A DNA stretch of 63,118 nucleotides, filler included, from Asterionella formosa (lineage: Eukaryota): the NCBI GenBank assembly GCA_002256025.1. It is 13 parts of 13 records of this genome, joined end to end, with 100 filler letters (N's around TTAATTAATTAA, not from the genome) between each part and the next. Parts side by side here need not be neighbours in the genome. Positions count along the whole stretch, not along the records: positions 59,723 to 60,788 come from NKIB01004570.1; positions 60,889 to 61,953 come from NKIB01004571.1; positions 62,054 to 63,118 come from NKIB01004572.1; 10 more parts are not named here. The stretch is one strand, 5' to 3'. This document shows, piece by piece, positions 59,623-63,118 of this stretch (positions are counted from its first letter, which is position 1; the number at the start of each line of letters is the position of its first letter). The notes under the pieces were generated by a model that saw only the letters and a list, made by a program, of their open reading frames with translations, searched no databases and was not told the origin of the DNA. Position numbers and translations under genes: made by a program.

Positions 59623-60726
59623 NNNNNNNNNNNNNNNNNNNNNNNNNNNNNNNNNNNNNNNNNNNNTTAATTAATTAANNNNNNNNNNNNNNNNNNNNNN
59701 NNNNNNNNNNNNNNNNNNNNNNGGGGTACAAGTTACATCAGTTACAGAATGTGTAATAGTATATACCGGTGTACTGTATATGCATAGAAAAGGCAATGAA
59801 GAAAAGTGCAATGACAAGTGAAATCCAGATCATGCATGTGAAGTGATGAAGAGATTTGACAGTTATCGGTTTAACGGCACTGTTTGGTGTCCCATTTGTT
59901 TCATGTAAAATAAAGGCGTATTGAAATTTATGGCGCTTCTTCCTAGCGCGCTCCAGTACCAGGTACTGCCCTGGAATGACCGGTCAAGATCGTTCTCGCG
60001 CCGCTCGTTTGCATATGATTTTGCTATATTAAAAATACTGTCTATTCTTTGCTTCCATTTAGACATTCCTCAGACTACATCTAGTCTTCGGACACCTGTC
60101 GACATCAACAGCCTAACAGACACATTCTGACAAAGATGTCGTGTACCAGGTACCGGGTATCCATGATTATCCAATACGTGTGTATCATCAGACTGTACAG
60201 CATAAGCGATCAGGTACTATTTATTTCGTACGCATCATATTACCTAGGAGTGCGTACCTCCAAGTTGTTGCGGTAATTTTCCTGAAACTAAAGATTTAGC
60301 TTTCTTTATCCCAGATTAAAATGCAAAATGACCGCAACTTGCTGGTACCACATGACATACTGTAATGGGGAGCCAATAGATAGGTATCCCGGTAGGTACA
60401 TCATGCATTTGCCGCCATGCAGGAGGAGGAGCAATGAAAGCAAACAATAAAATAATTGTGGGTCGGTCAAAATTATAGTCATCCTTTTTTTCTTGCTTTT
60501 TTTAATACCTATGATTACATACGATAGGTCCCGGTACTCCTATACATAGCGATACTACCAGTACATTTAGGACTCCGGCGGGTATCATAAGTACCGGGTA
60601 ATGATAAGTTTCAACGCAAACCGGATCAAGGTCCATAGAAGGCTCCTCTGATTCCGTCTCTATTCCCCATTAGTCAAGAAAGTCAATTCATAATCTACAC
60701 CGGCTTTTAACATCATGGCTGATAGA

Positions 60727-60788
<62 letters not shown>
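60727..60788 (+). repeat. (AGCAAC)n microsatellite at contig end
   Basis: About 10 perfect units, in frame with an ATG at 60715 (MADRSNSNSN...), so possibly coding. Confidence 0.9.
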
Positions 60789-60888
60789 NNNNNNNNNNNN
60801 NNNNNNNNNNNNNNNNNNNNNNNNNNNNNNNNTTAATTAATTAANNNNNNNNNNNNNNNNNNNNNNNNNNNNNNNNNNNNNNNNNNNN

Positions 60889-61953
60889 AGAATCATTGCA
60901 GCAGTTTATAGAGAGCAACAGTAGCTGTAGTAAATGCAGTGAAAAGTTGAGATGATTGCAAGTGTATAATATTGCATACAAACAAGGAATGGCAGATTTA
61001 CAAAGGTACCTTATCCACAATTGTCAAGGAAAAAGATCAATAGAAGATAAATGCAATGAATTCATTGAAAGCCATGATAGTTTCATTGACAGCACAGAGT
61101 CATCAGAATCTCCTTCACAGATAACAAGGCTGATTGTTGCCGACAATGCTAGTCCATTTCTTGGCCTTGCTAGCCGAATTTCAATTACCTGAGCGCAATG
61201 TGATGAAAGAAAGTATATTGAACCTGTAATTTGCAAAAACAAAGAAGGAAATTATGAGAAAGGCAATCAATCAGAACACTTTGCGATCAATAACATGTTT
61301 GTTCTTGGTTGTCATGAAGCAGGAATGAGTCCGGTTGACGCTGATATAATATGCTTGTCCCTTTCCTTACCTTTGCAAATTGGTTACTGGAGCAGGAAGG
61401 GAAGGTTTAATAATCCGGAGCAACGAGTAGGCGAAGCTGAAGTAGTTGCAACAGAAAAATCAATGAGAGAAGCAAAGAGCCGGTTTTCTTATCCAATCCC
61501 TCCAACTGAGTTCGCGTCCTAATTCGCCCCTGCTTCTTGATGTCTCGAGGCCCAAAATGCGATGCGAGATTAACAAAGAACAACTGCCTGCGACTGAAAA
61601 TCTATTATGGATGCTTCATAAAGAAAAATCGACATAAGCCATTCGAAGATTTTTGTACAGCATCAATGGCACCAATCCACCACTTATTTGACAGTCATGA
61701 GCACTGTAATCCGGAATGGTGTCCTGCAAAAGCAAATAAAAGAGTTGGTAAAGGAAATATCGGAACATTGAGGACAACAAGGAAATGTTTGATTGGCTAA
61801 TTGAAAATGTTAGCAAAAAAATGGAGGGTGAGAAGCTCAAAGCATTACATCATCCATTCGATACACAAATGAATGAGGCGATGAACAATGCTGTTGCAAG
61901 GCGTTGTCCAAAAACCAAAATGTTTGCTGGCTCCCAAAGCCTGCTCTATTGAG
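60889..61953 (+). mobile_element. Degenerate Mutator-like transposase fragment
   Basis: CSKC, FAINNMFVLG, EKSMREA, APIHHLFDSHEHCNPEWCP and HPFDTQMNEAMNNAVARRCPKTKMF; frameshifts and apparent internal deletion. Confidence 0.7.
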
Positions 61954-62053
61954 NNNNNNNNNNNNNNNNNNNNNNNNNNNNNNNNNNNNNNNNNNNNTTA
62001 ATTAATTAANNNNNNNNNNNNNNNNNNNNNNNNNNNNNNNNNNNNNNNNNNNN

Positions 62054-63118
62054 TAGTTGGACTAGCTGCTTCATCTCTTTCCATGTATTCACGTTGCGAA
62101 CTGCCATTGGCACATGCTCTGCCTTTAATGCTCTTGTCTCTCTTTTCAACCAAAAAAATTAGACTTTCCATTGCACGTCGCTTTTCAATATCGGTTAGGT
62201 CTTCAATCCTAATCGGTTCAAACACAACTCTATCGTGTAGTTGTTTCATTTCCTTATAAGCAGCGTCTCTTCCTTTCTGGCCAAATTTCTTGAGGCCTTT
62301 CCTTAAGCTGTATGACTGAACAAAGTGAAATGCTTCTTTATCGATACACATCTCATTCATATAACACATTGTCTTTGCGATCACTTTCGCATTATCAGTC
62401 GTGTATTCTTCTCGACAGTGTGCTTGGGTATGCAAATGATTTTGGACCATAGTTAGTTTTGATGGTGGTCTTGAGACTCTTCCAGACCTTGTAATCCTAA
62501 CATTTGGGTCTGAGTCATCCTGAGTGCTTGGATTGATTTCTAACATTGCCTCTTCATTTTCAGTTTCAGTTGCTTGCTCTTCATCCTCATCTTGGATTTC
62601 ATCTGCATTCATTTCAATATTATTCTCATTGTTGCCCTCGTCAGGTTCAGGGTCATCCTCTTGAGTATTGTCATTTAATTCGAGCTGTTCTGCTTCATAT
62701 ATTTCATCCGGAGTCATTTCATCATAGTCTTCTTCTCCGAGAATTTCATCATTGCTTTCGTTGTCACTAGCATCTTGATCTTCATAATCTTCGTCTTGTG
62801 CATCTTCAAATGCTTCATTATCATAATCCACTCCTGCAATCCAAGCACTATCATAAAATAGTTGTCCCGTTCGATTTGCTATCTTGAGACCATCTGGCAT
62901 ATTTTCCTGCACAGCAAGGGCGTGTACTTGATTCATGATTGCTGGGGTAAGTGGTAGAGGAGTAATTGTTCGTCTAGTGATCAATGAATTCGTAGGTAGG
63001 TGTAACAATTCATGACCTCCTTGCACATTGTCATTGTAGCGTAGAAAAATGCAATCTAGGCTGCGAGGTGCATTTGTGTTTGAAAACACAGGTTCTTCAT
63101 GTGCTTGGACATAAGTGC
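62054..63118 (-). mobile_element. Ty1/copia pol fragment (integrase end, acidic linker, RT start), uninterrupted
   Basis: NAPRSLDCIFLR..QGGH, TRSGRVSRPP, GLKKFGQKG..AA.KEMKQLH and LIFLVEKRD..IKGRACANGS.QR..AASPT. Confidence 0.92.

Overview
Eukaryotic nuclear DNA, almost certainly from a diatom (pennate-like). Support: short GT-AG introns, a bipartite signal+PAF plastid presequence, a mitochondrially targeted ornithine cyclodeaminase and diatom-type copia elements. The window is not one locus. It is 13 contigs joined by an artificial 100-nt linker (44 N + TTAATTAATTAA + 44 N): three ~17.1-kb scaffolds (2335-19429, 20696-37781, 42549-59622) and ten ~1.07-kb contigs, one of which (19530-20595) looks bacterial. 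Host genes encode a Pin1-type parvulin, a WDR53-like protein, a plastid histidine phosphatase, a DysF-domain protein, a GH28 polygalacturonase, Utp14, OCD, an SGNH-like protein, a Mn-type CDF transporter, an ArfGAP and a zf-C3H1+LRR protein. Transposon relics include copia (x3), pogo-like, Harbinger, Mutator-like and a LINE 3' end. Most notable: (1) an intronless degenerate-Roc/COR/trypsin-protease fusion gene in a TE-rich island; (2) two dispersed copies of a tRNA-headed SINE-like element; (3) a highly iterated non-coding GGTACCW palindrome found on most contigs; (4) a 5'-truncated LINE bounded by a 21-bp direct repeat that resembles its own 3' end. All family calls are from motif recognition by eye; no database search was run.
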